Below, one piece after another: positions 62,178 through 64,000 of a stretch of 64,000 nt of DNA. Numbering within the stretch: the stretch's first letter is position 1; every line of letters begins with the position of its first letter. The notes beneath the pieces are model-generated. The model was not told the origin of the DNA. It searched no databases and saw only the letters and a list, made by a program, of their open reading frames with translations. A program made the position numbers and the translations under genes. The stretch lies in IMG/VR virus record IMGVR_UViG_3300036770_006330. One strand, written 5' to 3'. This stretch comes from a virus.

Positions 62178-64000
62178 ATGTCTTTGTTGACCCCAGAATT
62201 CATCGATACATACAAGAGCAAGACGTCACCTTGGGGTTTTGGTGGACTCGGAGAAGTTGTCTACCTGCGCACATACAGTCGACCAATCGAAGAGCTTGGT
62301 CGCAACGAGACTTGGACCGAAACCATCACACGGGCTATCAATGGCGCAGTCGAGATTGGCACGCCACTCACGCAAGACGAAGCAGAGAAGCTCTTCGACC
62401 ATATGTTCAATCTGCGCTGTTCCCTCTCTGGTCGTGCGCTCTGGCAGCTCGGCACGCCACTGGTGAAGAAGTTCAACGCAACGTCACTGAACAACTGCTA
62501 CTTCACGAACATCGAATCAATCGAAGACTTCGAGTTGTTGTTCGAATATCTCATGCTTGGTGGAGGAGTTGGCTTTTCTGTGGAGCGCTCCAAGATTCAT
62601 GAACTTCCAAAGGTAAAGACTGGCGTCAGCATCACGCACGAACGCTCCAATGACGCAGACATCATCGTTCCAGACTCACGTCAAGGTTGGAAGCGCCTCC
62701 TGCACGCAGTGTTGAAGTCATATTTCGACACGGGTAAGTCTTTCTCGTACTCCACGATTCTCATCCGTGAATTCGGCGCACCACTCAAGACATTCGGTGG
62801 CACAGCATCCGGACCAGGCGCACTGATTGATGGAATCGCAGATATCTGCAAGGTCATGCAGAATCGCGAAGGCAAGAAGCTCCGCTCAGTCGACGTACTC
62901 GACATCTGCAACATCATCGGCCGCATCGTCGTATCAGGCTCATCACGCCGCTCGGCACAGATAGCAATCGGCGACCCAGACGACGTTCTTTTCATCCGTG
63001 CCAAGAATTGGTCTACGGGTACCATCCCAGCATGGCGTGCCAACTCCAACAACAGCATCTATGCCGATGCCTATGAGGAAATCATGCCAGAACTCTGGAA
63101 GGGATATGACGGCTCAGGTGAACCGTATGGTCTCGTCAACCGCAAGCTGGCTCGCTCCTACGGTCGTCTTGGAGAGCGTGCAGTCGACAACTCAATCGAA
63201 GGCTTCAACCCATGTGCAGAGATTGGTCTTGCGGACGGAGAGTCGTGCAACCTTTCGACCATCTTCCTGCCAAACGTAGAGTCGCTTGCTCAGTTGAAGG
63301 AAATCTCAACACTGCTCTACAAGGTCCAGAAGCAAATCACACGCCTCGAATACCCATATGCCAAGACGACAGAAATCGTGCGCAAGAACGCCCGACTCGG
63401 TCAAAGCATCACGGGTGTCCTCCAAGTGTCTGAGGAAAAGGTCGCCTGGCTCGATGAGGCGTACAAGCACCTCAAGGCCTACGACGAGGCGTACTCACAG
63501 GAGCGTGGGTGGCCAGCATCGGTCCGCCTGACGACCGTACAGCCCTCAGGAACGCTCTCATTGCTCCCTGGCGTGACTCCAGGCATCCACCCAGGTTATG
63601 CCCGCTTCTACATCCGACGGGTGCGTTTTGGCGCCTCTGACCCGCTTGTAGAGGCATGCCGCAAGCGTGGCTACAAGGTCCAGTGGGACATCGGTATTGA
63701 CGGCCGCGAAGACCACACTCGCTACGTCGTCGACTTCCCATGCACGTCGCCAGATGGCGCGGTTCTTGCAGCAAACATGACTGCTGTCGAGCAGCTTGAG
63801 TGGGTCAAGAAAATGCAGACCGTATGGGCAGACAATGCCGTATCGGTCACCGTCTACTATCGCAAGGAAGAGTTGCCAGCAATCCAGGAATGGCTGTCAA
63901 AGAACTACGACAAGGGCGTCAAGTCCGTGTCATTCCTCCTGCACAGCGACCACAACTTCCCGCTTCCCCCATACGAGGAAATCACGGAGGACCAGTACGA
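62178..64000 (+). CDS. nrdJ: Class II (adenosylcobalamin-dependent, RTPR-type) ribonucleotide reductase, runs off the window
   Basis: Not in the ORF track. Hand translation: VYLRTYSR, SGRALWQLGT, LNNCYF, GGGVGFS, RRSAQI, NPCAEI, ESCNL, TTVQPSGTLSLL. Confidence 0.95.
   Translation, partial: MSLLTPEFIDTYKSKTSPWGFGGLGEVVYLRTYSRPIEELGRNETWTETITRAINGAVEIGTPLTQDEAEKLFDHMFNLRCSLSGRALWQLGTPLVKKFNATSLNNCYFTNIESIEDFELLFEYLMLGGGVGFSVERSKIHELPKVKTGVSITHERSNDADIIVPDSRQGWKRLLHAVLKSYFDTGKSFSYSTILIREFGAPLKTFGGTASGPGALIDGIADICKVMQNREGKKLRSVDVLDICNIIGRIVVSGSSRRSAQIAIGDPDDVLFIRAKNWSTGTIPAWRANSNNSIYADAYEEIMPELWKGYDGSGEPYGLVNRKLARSYGRLGERAVDNSIEGFNPCAEIGLADGESCNLSTIFLPNVESLAQLKEISTLLYKVQKQITRLEYPYAKTTEIVRKNARLGQSITGVLQVSEEKVAWLDEAYKHLKAYDEAYSQERGWPASVRLTTVQPSGTLSLLPGVTPGIHPGYARFYIRRVRFGASDPLVEACRKRGYKVQWDIGIDGREDHTRYVVDFPCTSPDGAVLAANMTAVEQLEWVKKMQTVWADNAVSVTVYYRKEELPAIQEWLSKNYDKGVKSVSFLLHSDHNFPLPPYEEITEDQY

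Larger units (their letters stand above)
1..64000. mobile_element. Segment of a large myovirus-type phage genome (HK97-type head, contractile tail)
   Basis: TerL, portal, prohead protease, major capsid, sheath, tube, tape measure, RNR and tRNAs are present; no host housekeeping genes or integrase in the window. Confidence 0.97.

Noticed and set aside
1240-63774. Many antisense or alternative-frame ORFs in the track (e.g. 33495-34241, 42118-42966, 46977-47888, 28633-29328, 52888-53424, 62231-62602)
   Set aside because: They are shadows of long real genes, with no motifs or RBS.
16300-64000. Inteins or introns explaining the giant ORFs, terL or nrdJ
   Set aside because: No Hint-domain C...HN-[CST] or LAGLIDADG signatures seen; terL and nrdJ are of normal length and uninterrupted.
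1-64000. Stop-codon reassignment
   Set aside because: Genes are full length under code 11, and TAA, TAG and TGA all terminate well-recognised genes.

Overview
The whole window is part of a large tailed-phage genome with no cellular genes. It has a contractile tail, an HK97-type portal, protease and capsid, and probably an actinobacterial host (inferred from leaderless-type promoters). Minus strand 1-17.6 kb carries baseplate, tape measure (C-terminal M15-like peptidase), a frameshifting tail chaperone, tube, sheath and neck genes, a ParB/RuvC/HNH/Cas4-like/Rad52 recombination block, and TerL. Plus strand 17.7-54.5 kb is a hugely expanded head module: portal-MuF, an 827-aa prohead protease, about 30 kb of giant multidomain proteins (1966, 688, 1803, 682 and 3745 aa), then the major capsid protein. 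54.6-64 kb holds small accessory genes, three 2OG-Fe(II) oxygenases, tRNA-Ile2(CAU), tRNA-Val(UAC) and a class II RNR. Main discovery: the giant head-module proteins look like processed polyproteins with a shared grammar. A leader ends in a hydrophobic-x-hydrophobic-Lys site, followed by a basic stretch and one of two short anchor motifs (RCP-x7-[QR]FT[DN]-x5-C or DGDGDG-like). Enzyme cargo domains follow: zincin, DEDDh exonuclease, several ADP-ribosyltransferase-like domains, Nudix, zeta kinase, OGFr-like, an HTH array and a J-domain. A recurring pentapeptide [IV]-[SA]-G-x-M (16 copies in 4 proteins) separates them and always falls between domains. I propose a capsid-packaged, protease-released effector polyprotein system. 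Family names come from motif recognition by eye, not from database searches.
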